64,000 bases of DNA from Candidatus Cloacimonadales bacterium (GCA_942492065.1 CALODV010000013.1:1274543-1338542), one strand, 5' to 3'; counted from the stretch's first letter, positions 1 to 9,026 are shown. Numbers and translations are program-made. Notes: generated by a model not told the origin, from the letters alone.

Positions 1-2
1 CC

Positions 3-353
3 CACGAAGAAAAAGTTGGTGCTGAAATTCTCAGAAGAGCATTACATGTTCCTGCATTCCAGATTGCTTACAACGCAGGTGAAGAAGGTGCTGTAATTGT
101 TGAAAAACTTAAAGAATCTAACGAAGCTCACTACGGATATAATGCTGCAACAAACCAGTTTGAAGATCTCTTCAAGGCCGGTGTGATTGATCCTGCAAAA
201 GTTGTAAGATCAGCCGTACAGAATGCTTCCAGTATTTCAGGACTGTTCCTTACAACAGAATGTATTGTAACAGATATAAAAGAAGATAATGCCGGTCCTG
301 CTATGCCTCCTGGAGGTATGGGTGGAATGGGCGGAATGGGTGGAATGTACTAG
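3..353 (+). CDS. groEL: Chaperonin GroEL, C-terminal fragment (gene begins upstream of the window)
   Basis: Frame 3 reads ...[59 protein letters not shown]. This is the conserved GroEL C-terminus with its GGM-repeat tail. Stop TAG at 351-353. Confidence 0.95.
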   Translation, partial: HEEKVGAEILRRALHVPAFQIAYNAGEEGAVIVEKLKESNEAHYGYNAATNQFEDLFKAGVIDPAKVVRSAVQNASSISGLFLTTECIVTDIKEDNAGPAMPPGGMGGMGGMGGMY

Positions 354-421
354 ATCATTCACTCTTACGCTAAGTAGAAATATATTAAATCCCTTCGAAT
401 TTCGGAGGGATTTTTTTTATT
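336..421 (+). repeat. Direct repeat copy A: last 18 nt of groEL, spacer and terminator
   Basis: ATGGGTGGAATGTACTAGA...CCTTCGAATTTCGGAGGGATTTTTTT recurs at 2702-2787 with about 9 differences counted by eye. Confidence 0.85.
390..418 (+). terminator. Rho-independent terminator of groEL
   Basis: Hairpin TCCCTTCGA/TCGGAGGGA (one G-U pair, 3-nt loop) followed by T8. Confidence 0.8.
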
Positions 422-679
422 ACAAGCATATTACTTGACCAATCATAAACAATTTCCGAACCTGTATAATAAAGGTGTATCATTACAAGTAGATGGAGAT
501 TCAATGAACAAAATACTATTTCTGATATGTGTAAGTTTGATATTACTCAATTGTACTAATAAAGCCGAAGTTTCAATAAACATTACTCCAGTTGACTCTC
601 TTGGTTGGCAGGGAAAATCAGTTTATGAAATTGGTCAGATTTTTGATATAACTTCAAACTCTCATTCGATATATTGAGC

Positions 680-1510
680 CTACCCCATATTCTGTACCAT
701 GTCTAAGTTTAGTAAGTTCGAGTTATTCTGTTTGATTCCATTTTCATAAGTCAAGAGATATTCTTTGGGAGACATCATATTAAGAGAACTATGAGGTCTT
801 TCGTTGTTATAACTTTCTCTCCATTCATTTATTACATTTCTTGCATGATTTAGATTTAGAAATTCCGATTGATTAAGACATTCATTTCTGAACTTACCAT
901 TTAAACTTTCCACAAAAGCATTTTTCTGTGGTTCTCCCGGAGGGATGAAGCACAGTTTTACATTATGTTTTAGTGAAAATTCAGACATTGCTTTGGATCT
1001 GAATTCAGGTCCATTGTCACAGACTATATTTTCCGGTAAATTACGATATTCTTTCAAATTACTTAGTTCTCTATTTAATCTGGATCCTGTAATTGAAGTA
1101 TCAACAATTTGAAGTACAAGTTCTCTTGAAAAATCATCCATTATATTGAAAATCCTGAAAGGACGTCCCTTTACTGTTCTATCTCCTACAAAATCCATTG
1201 ACCAACGTTGAGTTGGATACTCGGCAGGAGGTAATGATTCTGATCTATACAAGCGTTTCTTGCGTGGTCGTTTAGGTATTTGCAGATTGTTCTGTCTGTA
1301 AATACGTTCTATACGCTTATGGTTTACATTGCCCAGTTCTCTTCTTAATAGAACTGTTAATCTGGGCAAACCATAAGCGACATGCTTCAGAGCAAGCTCC
1401 TTCAGTTTAGATAAAATTACTCTGTCAGATGTCTTATCTACAGGTTTATATCTGAACGAACTCCTATGAAAATTTGTTATACGGCAAGATCGTCTTTCAC
1501 TCATTCCCAT
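680..1510 (-). CDS. IS3-family transposase OrfB (DDE catalytic part; expressed as an OrfAB fusion by -1 frameshift)
   Basis: DDE-type motifs WSMDFV, CDNGPEF and ESLNGKFRNE. The reading frame is -1 relative to orfA and stays open across the slippery site. Confidence 0.92.
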   Translation of the reverse strand: MGMSERRSCRITNFHRSSFRYKPVDKTSDRVILSKLKELALKHVAYGLPRLTVLLRRELGNVNHKRIERIYRQNNLQIPKRPRKKRLYRSESLPPAEYPTQRWSMDFVGDRTVKGRPFRIFNIMDDFSRELVLQIVDTSITGSRLNRELSNLKEYRNLPENIVCDNGPEFRSKAMSEFSLKHNVKLCFIPPGEPQKNAFVESLNGKFRNECLNQSEFLNLNHARNVINEWRESYNNERPHSSLNMMSPKEYLLTYENGIKQNNSNLLNLDMVQNMG

Positions 1511-1521
1511 CTCTTTAAACT

Positions 1522-1564
1522 CCCTGACAACTTCTTTACGTTGACAGGGCTTTAGAAGTTTTTT
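1522..1564 (-). promoter_or_regulatory. Programmed -1 ribosomal frameshift signal of the IS
   Basis: On the IS sense strand: slippery heptamer A_AAA_AAC (1564-1558), an 8-nt spacer, then stem-loop CCCTGTCAAC/GTTGTCAGGG (9 of 10 positions paired). The -1 frame reads KKLLKPCQRKEVVREFKEMGMSERR into OrfB. Confidence 0.8.
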
Positions 1565-1815
1565 GACAGTACTATCTTTAATGCATCGACTTCAAGATCA
1601 CGTTCTGCTAAAAGACGCTTTAACCTTCTGTTCTCATCTTCAAGAGACTTTAACCTTTTGGCCTCAGTTACTTCCATTCCACCGTATTTGCTCTTCCACT
1701 TATAAAATGTCTGCTCGCAAATCTGGTGCTCTCGTATAAGATCTTTTACTTTTCTGCCAGCTTCATGCTCTTTGAGTACTCTTATTTTCTGTTCTTCTGT
1801 AAATCTTTTTCGCAT
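1552..1815 (-). CDS. IS3-family transposase OrfA (HTH DNA-binding part)
   Basis: 87 aa, MRKRFTEEQKIRVLKEHEAGRKVKDL...; typical IS3 OrfA with helix-turn-helix and leucine-zipper-like C-terminus. Identical to the ORF at 63630-63893. Confidence 0.92.
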   Translation of the reverse strand: MRKRFTEEQKIRVLKEHEAGRKVKDLIREHQICEQTFYKWKSKYGGMEVTEAKRLKSLEDENRRLKRLLAERDLEVDALKIVLSKNF

Positions 1816-2701
1816 CCTTTACTCCTTTGCAAATATTATAAATCATTGCTTTTATATGTCAAAGAATACTAAACTTCAGAATGGTTCAAGTTTAGGGGGA
1901 AAGGTCAATATTATACAGATCCATTCGTTGGAAAATGCATAAGAAAATACAATGCTGAAAATATGGAGTATGAAGGAGAAGTTGGCAAAATTGGACGAGG
2001 TCCATCTGAAATGCAGATTCCCGTTTCGATTCAAGCATCAGAAGATAAGATTTTTGTACTTGATGGAGAGTTAATGAAGATACTCAAGTTTTCAGAAGAC
2101 AAAATAGAATTTAGATCTGAAGAAAAGTGTGTTGAACGTATTGTTGCCTTGAACAGATCTACTGACAATATTATAGGTTTAACAAGTCATATGAGTGAAA
2201 TAACTAAAGTATTAAACGTTGGTGATTTCAGTTACGAATCAATTGACACAGGCTCTGATTTATTGAAATCATTATTATTACAAGATGCCAAGACTAATAT
2301 TTTATCCATTGATTTTTCACGTTATCAAAATCAGACATATATAATTCACAAACATCCCGCCAGATTACTGAAAGTAGATAATGGGGTATGCACAAGCCTT
2401 GATCCTGTTAAGCCCAATAGCCTGTCTGGAGAGACACTGGTATATAAATCCATAGAAACCACAGAAAAAGGCATACTTATTATTGGATTCTACGGCAAAG
2501 ATGAAGAAGTAAAGAATTTTGCAATTCTTTGTAATGAATCAGGAAAAAAACTAAAAGAATTCACACTGGAAAATCCAGAGAAGGCAGGTATCAGCTCAGC
2601 ATCCTTCAATGGAGAATATCTTTTCACGGGTAATTATAACTCAATGATATACAAGTACAAAGTGAACCTTTAATAGAAAAATATATTCAAGCTATTCAGC
2701 T

Positions 2702-2787
2702 ATGGGTGGAATGTACTAGAACATTCACTCGTACACTAAGCAAAAAAAATATTAAACCCCTTCGAATTTCGGAGGGATTTTTTTATT
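2702..2787 (+). repeat. Direct repeat copy B: decayed duplicate of the groEL 3' end and terminator
   Basis: Same orientation as copy A at 336-421. Includes ATGGGTGGAATGTACTAG, the groEL stop context, outside any gene. Confidence 0.85.
2758..2784 (+). terminator. Rho-independent terminator (within repeat copy B); serves the lipoprotein gene
   Basis: Hairpin CCCTTCGA/TCGGAGGG followed by T7. Confidence 0.75.
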
Positions 2788-2850
2788 TGATTGACTTTTG
2801 ATTATCTCATTATACTATATATTCTAACAATAATCAGCTTAAGGGGACAT

Positions 2851-4761
2851 ATGAAACAGAGCATCAGAAAAATATGGCGATCTGTAAGAAGATTCTACCT
2901 GACTAAAATCGTAAGTCCGGTGATTAAGAGTAGAAAAGCTTTTGAAAAACTTTCTGTAAAGAATGATATTCCGGGACTTAAGGATATGTGGGTATGTAAG
3001 TTTTTGATCACAGATATAAACACAGACAAACCAAAGCTGTTTTTCATGGAAACAAGCAAGTTCTATCATCATTATCCGTTCTACAAGTTGGTTACAGGGA
3101 ATGAAATTTCCGAAGAGCAATTTGATTCCATTACATATTACTCTAACGACAACAGACAGGTTCTGGCAGGATCAATTGTTGCACATGATAATTTTGTGAG
3201 TGATTCGCAAGACAAAGGCATCTATACAATAGAGTTCTGGCCAACCGATCCTGCTGCATTCAAATACGTTAAACTCACCTGGGACATGATCAGTATTGGG
3301 CTGCCATTTGCCGGAAACAAACTGTTTTACCACATAAGCAGTCAACTCCAGTCTAAACAATTCATAAGTGATACTGAGCAGTATAAGTTATCAGATATTA
3401 AAACCATGGATACAGATAAGCTGTTTATGGGAATGACATTCATTCCGTTGAATCTCGGGGACTCATTTGGTGTCCTGAGATTTATGGATGCTGAAGATGT
3501 TCCGGACATGCTTGATATTGTTATATTCAGGTCTTTACCGAATGACTTGAGCCATGTAAGAGGGATAATCACAGATGTATCTCAGACACCGTTATCACAT
3601 GTTAACTTGAAGGCAAAACAAAACTCTATACCAAATGCTTACATCAAAAATGCATCTAAAATGGAGGAATTTCTCCGATTAAAGGATAAACCTGTCAGAT
3701 TTACAGTGAAAGCTAATGGCTATGAGATCAGAGAATCAAGTATGGAGCAGATCGAAAGGCACATGAAAGATAAAGTTCCGGATAAATCAGTTATTCCTCC
3801 TGTGAATCTCGATGAGAAGGAAATTAGAAATCTGAAACATATTGGCTTTTCTGACAGCACTTCTGTCGGTTCAAAAGCGTCTAATATAGGAGAAGTTAAG
3901 AAAATCCTGGAAGAGAAGTATACAATTGAGGGATTCGCAATTCCATTTTACTGCTATGACAGGTTCATGAAGGAGAATGACTTTTATTCGGAAATTGAGA
4001 AACTGCTGGCTGAATCAGGATTATCTGCTGATGTTGAAACAAATAAGGTAACTGTAGAGAAAATTCAGACACTGATCAACAGTGGTAAGTTACCTGAGAA
4101 TATTGCAAATAAAATCAGAGAAATGGTTGAGCTTTTTCCTGCTGATTCGGATTTAAGGATGAGATCAAGCTCAAACAGTGAAGATCTGGAGAACTTCAAC
4201 GGTGCAGGTTTATATTCTTCTGAGTGTTACAATCATGCAGTTGATGATTATAAAGATGTTATCAAAGAAGTCTGGGCGGGGCTTTGGACATATAGGGCAT
4301 ATATGGAAAGAGAGTTCCATAAAATAGATCACTCTGCAATTGCTATGGGTATACTTGTACATGGTGATATAAAGAATGAGCGCAATAATGGCGTTATTGT
4401 TACCAAGAATATATATGACAATACGAGAGAAGGTTATTATGTGAATGTGCAGACCGGGCAATCTTTAGTTACAAATCCTGAAGAAAATACATTACCTGAT
4501 GAGCTCATTGTTACTTTCTTTGAAGAACAGGAACAACCTGAAATCCAGTACATCAGAAAGTCAAACCTGACTTCTGGGGGCAAGCATGTCATGAGTGAGG
4601 AAAGAGTATTGGAGCTTGTTGAGCAGTGCAGGATAATCCATACTCACTTTAAGAAGCTTTATGAAGCAGAAAGTGATGACACATTTGCGATGGAAATTGA
4701 GTTTTTGACATCTCAAGAGGGACAACTTAAAATTATGCAGGCCAGACCCTGGCTCGATTGA
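2851..4761 (+). CDS. PEP/pyruvate-binding (PPDK_N ATP-grasp) domain protein with an uncharacterised N-terminal half
   Basis: The C-terminal half carries the PEP synthase/PPDK N-terminal signature LRMRSSSNSEDLENFNGAGLYSS. No phospho-His swivel domain or PEP-utiliser TIM domain is visible. AAGGGGA lies just upstream of ATG 2851; the ORF track starts at TTG 2791. Confidence 0.7.
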   Translation: MKQSIRKIWRSVRRFYLTKIVSPVIKSRKAFEKLSVKNDIPGLKDMWVCKFLITDINTDKPKLFFMETSKFYHHYPFYKLVTGNEISEEQFDSITYYSNDNRQVLAGSIVAHDNFVSDSQDKGIYTIEFWPTDPAAFKYVKLTWDMISIGLPFAGNKLFYHISSQLQSKQFISDTEQYKLSDIKTMDTDKLFMGMTFIPLNLGDSFGVLRFMDAEDVPDMLDIVIFRSLPNDLSHVRGIITDVSQTPLSHVNLKAKQNSIPNAYIKNASKMEEFLRLKDKPVRFTVKANGYEIRESSMEQIERHMKDKVPDKSVIPPVNLDEKEIRNLKHIGFSDSTSVGSKASNIGEVKKILEEKYTIEGFAIPFYCYDRFMKENDFYSEIEKLLAESGLSADVETNKVTVEKIQTLINSGKLPENIANKIREMVELFPADSDLRMRSSSNSEDLENFNGAGLYSSECYNHAVDDYKDVIKEVWAGLWTYRAYMEREFHKIDHSAIAMGILVHGDIKNERNNGVIVTKNIYDNTREGYYVNVQTGQSLVTNPEENTLPDELIVTFFEEQEQPEIQYIRKSNLTSGGKHVMSEERVLELVEQCRIIHTHFKKLYEAESDDTFAMEIEFLTSQEGQLKIMQARPWLD

Positions 4762-4852
4762 TTCCTGGAACAAAGTCCACATATATTATTATCTTGACTT
4801 TTCAAAATATAAGTATCACTTTATTGTCTATTCTAATTAAGGAGATACCAGT

Positions 4853-5563
4853 ATGTTAAATAGCAATGCCACTTCCATCAAAACTACTTTTTTGATCGTG
4901 TTTCTAGTGTTGATCCTCAGTTCTGTTTCACTATGTGCAGAAACAATTCTCGATCCCAGAATTACAATTCTTGTACCTGTAAAAGTACATATAGATGAAA
5001 GCCTTCAGAAAGAAGTTGATGCTCTCAGTGCAGAGTTCAGAGAAGAGATAATATCAGCAGGTAAGCCGCCAATCCTGAGCAGATTCGAGCCGCATGTTGT
5101 GAAGATGCTGGAGAATCACTATGACTTTGTTATCAAAGCGGATTTCATCAAGAGTATATCTTTCAGGTATGTTAACATTTTTTCAAGTATGGTGTTTTAT
5201 GAAGAACCGGAGATGATTGTTCTTATCAGAGATAATAAGCTTACTGAACAATCCGATCTGGCAGCTATTGCAGTAAAAGACAGCATGCAGTATGTAATCA
5301 GCTTCCCGGAAGTTAAATTCACAAATACCAATGGCAAAAAACAGCTTGAACTCTCGGTAAAGATATATGATAAGAAGCAGGATAAGATTGTGATTGATAA
5401 GACCTATACGGGAGATTCAGTCAATCCCGGTGGAGATATTTCCTGCGATGAGGGAACTCTTAATTGCTGTGTCAATAATGCAATCAAGGCATCTTATGAC
5501 GACTTCTTTGAGGTGCTTAAAACCAGCAGTGATTTCTTTATTAATAAGTATGGGGGAGAGTAG
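4853..5563 (+). CDS. Hypothetical exported protein
   Basis: RBS AAGGAG. N-terminal hydrophobic signal TTFLIVFLVLILSSVSLCAE. No recognisable family. Confidence 0.6.
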   Translation: MLNSNATSIKTTFLIVFLVLILSSVSLCAETILDPRITILVPVKVHIDESLQKEVDALSAEFREEIISAGKPPILSRFEPHVVKMLENHYDFVIKADFIKSISFRYVNIFSSMVFYEEPEMIVLIRDNKLTEQSDLAAIAVKDSMQYVISFPEVKFTNTNGKKQLELSVKIYDKKQDKIVIDKTYTGDSVNPGGDISCDEGTLNCCVNNAIKASYDDFFEVLKTSSDFFINKYGGE

Positions 5564-5609
5564 GAACTTTCTATTCTCTAACATGTTATAATATTGAGGA
5601 TGATGAAGA

Positions 5610-6368
5610 ATGCAAGAGAGAAAAGAATTTTATTTTAATGGAATTTATGAGATGGTAGATATTATTCAAGTTAGAGCTAAATATAATGAACAATTTTTCA
5701 ATCATAACTTAGAATATTTTATTGAAAGAGCGAGCAAGTTCAATAAAGAAACTTTGCTGCATCAATACATTGTAGTTTCACTTATGAATCATTTCCATCG
5801 TTACTGTAGAAGGAATGGGGATTGTTGGGCTGATGATGACGATGAAATCGGAATTGAATTATGGGATGAAAGATTTGAGCACTTCAAAATCAACATACAA
5901 CAATTTTCTTTTGAAATTTATGATAGAGTAATTGATTGGTTTGATGAAAACGAAGATAAATTTATTAAGCTGTTTGAGAGAATGGCTGACGGAATTTTCT
6001 ATACTCTTTTCAACAATAGAGGATTTCTATTGGATTTTAACAAAACTGTTGCATTATTTGTTGAAGACTCAATTAGTCAGTTTCCCTCTGATTTTGTTAC
6101 TCATAAGGGAAGAATAAAACGGCGGAATATACCGAAATGGTTAAAAAAGGCTGTATTCTATAGAGATAAGGGAAAATGTGTTTTATGTGGAACAGATTTA
6201 ACAAATACAATTAATACTCTTCAAAATGAAAACTATGATCACATTGTCCCATTGGATTTATATGGAGTGAATGATCCATGTAATATTCAATTACTTTGTG
6301 AGAAATGCAATAAAAAGAAAAGTAATAAGAAAATCACAACATCAGAAAAGTATTATGGCTGGTGGTAA
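5610..6368 (+). CDS. HNH endonuclease domain protein with an unknown N-terminal domain of about 170 aa
   Basis: The C-terminus CVLCGTDL...NYDHIVPLDLYGVNDPCNIQLLCEKCNKKK matches the CxxC...DH...N...CxxC HNH/His-Me finger pattern. Confidence 0.8.
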   Translation: MQERKEFYFNGIYEMVDIIQVRAKYNEQFFNHNLEYFIERASKFNKETLLHQYIVVSLMNHFHRYCRRNGDCWADDDDEIGIELWDERFEHFKINIQQFSFEIYDRVIDWFDENEDKFIKLFERMADGIFYTLFNNRGFLLDFNKTVALFVEDSISQFPSDFVTHKGRIKRRNIPKWLKKAVFYRDKGKCVLCGTDLTNTINTLQNENYDHIVPLDLYGVNDPCNIQLLCEKCNKKKSNKKITTSEKYYGWW

Positions 6369-6393
6369 TAAAAAACCGCCTGTTAAGGCGGTT
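6367..6393 (-). terminator. Terminator hairpin downstream of the FG-GAP gene, abutting the HNH gene stop
   Basis: AACCGCC-TGTTAA-GGCGGTT. On the minus strand the stem is followed by TTTTATT. An identical 23-nt core occurs at 8962-8984. Confidence 0.6.
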
Positions 6394-6414
6394 GTAAATC
6401 TACAGTTTAAATGA

Positions 6415-8886
6415 TTATTTCAGAAGTATCATTTTCTTGGTTACTATGGAATCAGAAGTTTGTATTTTCAGGAAGTACACTCCTGAGCTTACAGGATAAT
6501 TGTTGTTGTCCTCTCCTGACCATTTTACTTTGTGGTCGCCTTTAACATATGACTGTTCTCCAAATGATTTCACCTTCTGACCACGTATATTGTATATATC
6601 AATATTAGTTTCTGAATTTTTTTGCAGTGTGAAGCAAATGGTAGTTTCAGGATTGAATGGATTCGGGTAAATTGAACAGTTAAAATCTGGAGATTCAATA
6701 TTATTTGAGTTGGAGTGCGAGATATAAGTATTATTTTTTAAAAGCTTCAGTTTCCCATCAGGATAATAAAGTAAATCTAAGTCATTATCTGCATCGTAGT
6801 CTACAGCAAAGAATTTACTGTATGATTCAATACTTGAGGTTGTGTTAATCATTGAGAAATCATCTGTCCCCTGCTGCATGATTTTAATAACTTGATCGTA
6901 ATCACTGTAGTAAACAACATCTGATAAGATATCACCGTTTGCATCGAAAAAAGCTAATGGTCTGGAAACATTACTGGCAAAGGATATTTCATTGAAGTTC
7001 AAATCTCCACTATTCTCATATAGTTTATCTGATTGAAGAATATCCCAATATCCGTCTGAATTAATATCAACTATTAATGGATATAGATTACTTTCACTAT
7101 ATTGCCCGTCGAAGTATGATATCAAGGTTGAAGTGAAGTTAGCTGATCCATCATTTTGGTAAATCTCAAACTCACGGTTTCTATTACTGAATATCAGAAT
7201 ATCTTTGAACTCATTATTATAAATGTCACACAGTTCAAAATTCAGCTGGTTTGTTGATATGTTAATGATAATAGATTCCGTGAATGTATCATCTCCATTA
7301 TTAGTGAAGAGAACAAAGCAGTTATTTTGCTCAGACCATCCAACAATATCAATATCAGAGTCCAGATCCATATCGGCTAATCTAAGCTTATCAATTGGAT
7401 TTGTACAATCTATGGAAATCTGTTCCTGAAAAGTAAGGTTTCCCTCATTAGTCAGGATTTTTATCTTAGAATCATTCTTGATAGATAATACTATGTCTTT
7501 ATCGTTATCATCATCAATATTCAGGATTTGACAATCACTTATTGAGTTCTCAAAATCTGCTAGGTTGTTATATAGGAACTCACCATTAACTTTTTCAATG
7601 CAGCTCAGATATTTTCCGCTATTAATGGTGCAGATTATCTCTTGACTGTAATTATCATCCATATCTTCAACAGCGAATACATTCTCAACTTCTTTAAACC
7701 ATGAAATGTATTTTGTTTCGAAAGTATCATCACCATTATTATTATGAAGTATCAAAGAACTATTGTTATCGTAATAGCTACGGATAAAGAAGATAACATC
7801 GAAATCGCTATCATTATCATAATCAGAAATTATTGTTTGATAAATATCAGAATATGGATCTTGTATGTTTGAGACAACACATACAGAATTTTGTGTTGTC
7901 AGCGATAAATTATGTGTGGAATAGTCGAATGTGAGGAATGCATTGTCTGGTGTGCAAATAGCATCAATAACTCTATCTATATCTGATGCTGTAAAGTTCT
8001 CTTGACCATCATTAGTGAGTAGTTTTGAGGCAGCCCCCAGGCAGTCATAATTAAATAAAATATCAAGATCGTTATCACTGTCATAGTCGCAGATTTTTGC
8101 TATATGCCCCAAAGTCCAGTCTGAGAATATCTCGGATGTCACAAAGTTCAGATTGCCGGCATTGCTCATTATGTTTAGAGATGTTACTCCCCTGAATCCA
8201 CCACTATAATTATATTTTACAAATGCAATATCTGTAAGTCCATTTCCATCAAAGTCTGCAAAATCTATATCCTTAATCTCGTCGTCTTGATCAAGTATTG
8301 TATGCCTTATAAAACCGCTCCCATTGTTTTCGAAATAGTCAATTTTACCATTAGAGTAGCCAATTAAAAGGTCATTATAATTATCATTATTCAGATCGTG
8401 AGATTTAAGTACTTTAACATCTGTGATGTTATTCAGTAAATTACTGACACTGAAAGAACCATCTCCGTTATTGTGGAGAAGTTTAATTGTATCAGTATGT
8501 TTAGTCCCGAAAACAATATCTGGATAAGAATCAGAATTCATGTCATCGATACATGTCAGTAGTGAATCATTTATAGTGTCTTCAGTTGTAAATGTATAAA
8601 TTGACTGAGAGTCAAAATATCCTGAGTCGGTTTCACTAAATAACAGAAACTCAAATTTTGTTTTAAATGTAATATAGTCTTCACAACTCACAGAACTATC
8701 AATAACAACTATTTCTTTCATATTATCATTGTTCATGTCTAGGCACTCAATCCTAGCAACACTTGACAGTATGTGAGAAACAGGATAATCTGTGATAGTT
8801 AAATCAATGGATTCAAACTCAATTGAAAAAACTAAAATGTGTGATAATAATAGTATTAATACAATACATAATTTTTTGGAAATCAT
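6415..8886 (-). CDS. FG-GAP/VCBS-repeat protein with T9SS (Por-type) C-terminal sorting domain
   Basis: Many D-x-N/D-x-D-G-x-x-D-type repeats (DLNNDNYNDLLIG, DFDGNGLTDIAF, DINSDGYWDIL). N-terminal signal peptide. C-terminus IYPNPFNPETTICF...GVYFLKIQT...KKMILLK. Confidence 0.85.
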   Translation of the reverse strand: MISKKLCIVLILLLSHILVFSIEFESIDLTITDYPVSHILSSVARIECLDMNNDNMKEIVVIDSSVSCEDYITFKTKFEFLLFSETDSGYFDSQSIYTFTTEDTINDSLLTCIDDMNSDSYPDIVFGTKHTDTIKLLHNNGDGSFSVSNLLNNITDVKVLKSHDLNNDNYNDLLIGYSNGKIDYFENNGSGFIRHTILDQDDEIKDIDFADFDGNGLTDIAFVKYNYSGGFRGVTSLNIMSNAGNLNFVTSEIFSDWTLGHIAKICDYDSDNDLDILFNYDCLGAASKLLTNDGQENFTASDIDRVIDAICTPDNAFLTFDYSTHNLSLTTQNSVCVVSNIQDPYSDIYQTIISDYDNDSDFDVIFFIRSYYDNNSSLILHNNNGDDTFETKYISWFKEVENVFAVEDMDDNYSQEIICTINSGKYLSCIEKVNGEFLYNNLADFENSISDCQILNIDDDNDKDIVLSIKNDSKIKILTNEGNLTFQEQISIDCTNPIDKLRLADMDLDSDIDIVGWSEQNNCFVLFTNNGDDTFTESIIINISTNQLNFELCDIYNNEFKDILIFSNRNREFEIYQNDGSANFTSTLISYFDGQYSESNLYPLIVDINSDGYWDILQSDKLYENSGDLNFNEISFASNVSRPLAFFDANGDILSDVVYYSDYDQVIKIMQQGTDDFSMINTTSSIESYSKFFAVDYDADNDLDLLYYPDGKLKLLKNNTYISHSNSNNIESPDFNCSIYPNPFNPETTICFTLQKNSETNIDIYNIRGQKVKSFGEQSYVKGDHKVKWSGEDNNNYPVSSGVYFLKIQTSDSIVTKKMILLK

Positions 8887-8960
8887 TTTTCCCCCTAAAT
8901 TTTTTTTATAGATACCCCTATCTATTGAACCAATTAAAAAATAATATTAGTGCGTGTCAA

Positions 8961-8985
8961 GAAAAACCGCCTGTTAAGGCGGTTT
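8961..8985 (-). terminator. Terminator-like hairpin downstream of the FtsX permease gene
   Basis: AAACCGCC-TGTTAA-GGCGGTTT, the same sequence as at 6374-6393. The U-tract on the minus strand is short. Confidence 0.5.
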
Positions 8986-9026
8986 ACCGAGTTGAGGAAG
9001 GTATATTATATGAGGAAAGTTAAAAT

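Larger units (their letters stand above)
675..1907 (-). mobile_element. IS3-family insertion sequence (IS407-like), complete copy, 1233 bp
   Basis: Contains orfA and orfB with an A_AAA_AAC frameshift site. Imperfect terminal inverted repeats: TGACCTTTCCCCCTAAACTTGAACC and TGAGCCTACCCCATATTCTGTACC. Flanked by 4-bp direct repeats ATAT (671-674 and 1908-1911). A second copy begins at 63538. Confidence 0.93.
504..2673 (+). pseudogene. Beta-propeller-type lipoprotein gene interrupted by the IS3-family element
   Basis: N-part 504-674 encodes MNKILFLICVSLILLNC, a lipoprotein signal with a lipobox Cys. C-part 1912-2673 contains IGRGPSE, resembling the GxGPGE motif of 6-bladed propeller lipoproteins. 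Removing 675-1911 (IS plus one ATAT copy) joins ...SNSHSIY to YTDPFVGKCIRKYNAENMEYEGE... in frame. Confidence 0.8.

Noticed and set aside
2791-2850. A TTG-initiated extension of the PPDK_N protein ORF.
   Set aside because: It starts only a few nt after the terminator T-run and has no RBS. ATG 2851 is preceded by AAGGGGA.
5394-5591. A 65-aa ORF overlapping the 3' end of the 4853-5563 gene in another frame. Similar small overlapping ORFs occur at 5932-6117, 27921-28184 and 57921-58130.
   Set aside because: These are embedded in longer, better-supported genes on the same strand, with no independent start signals.
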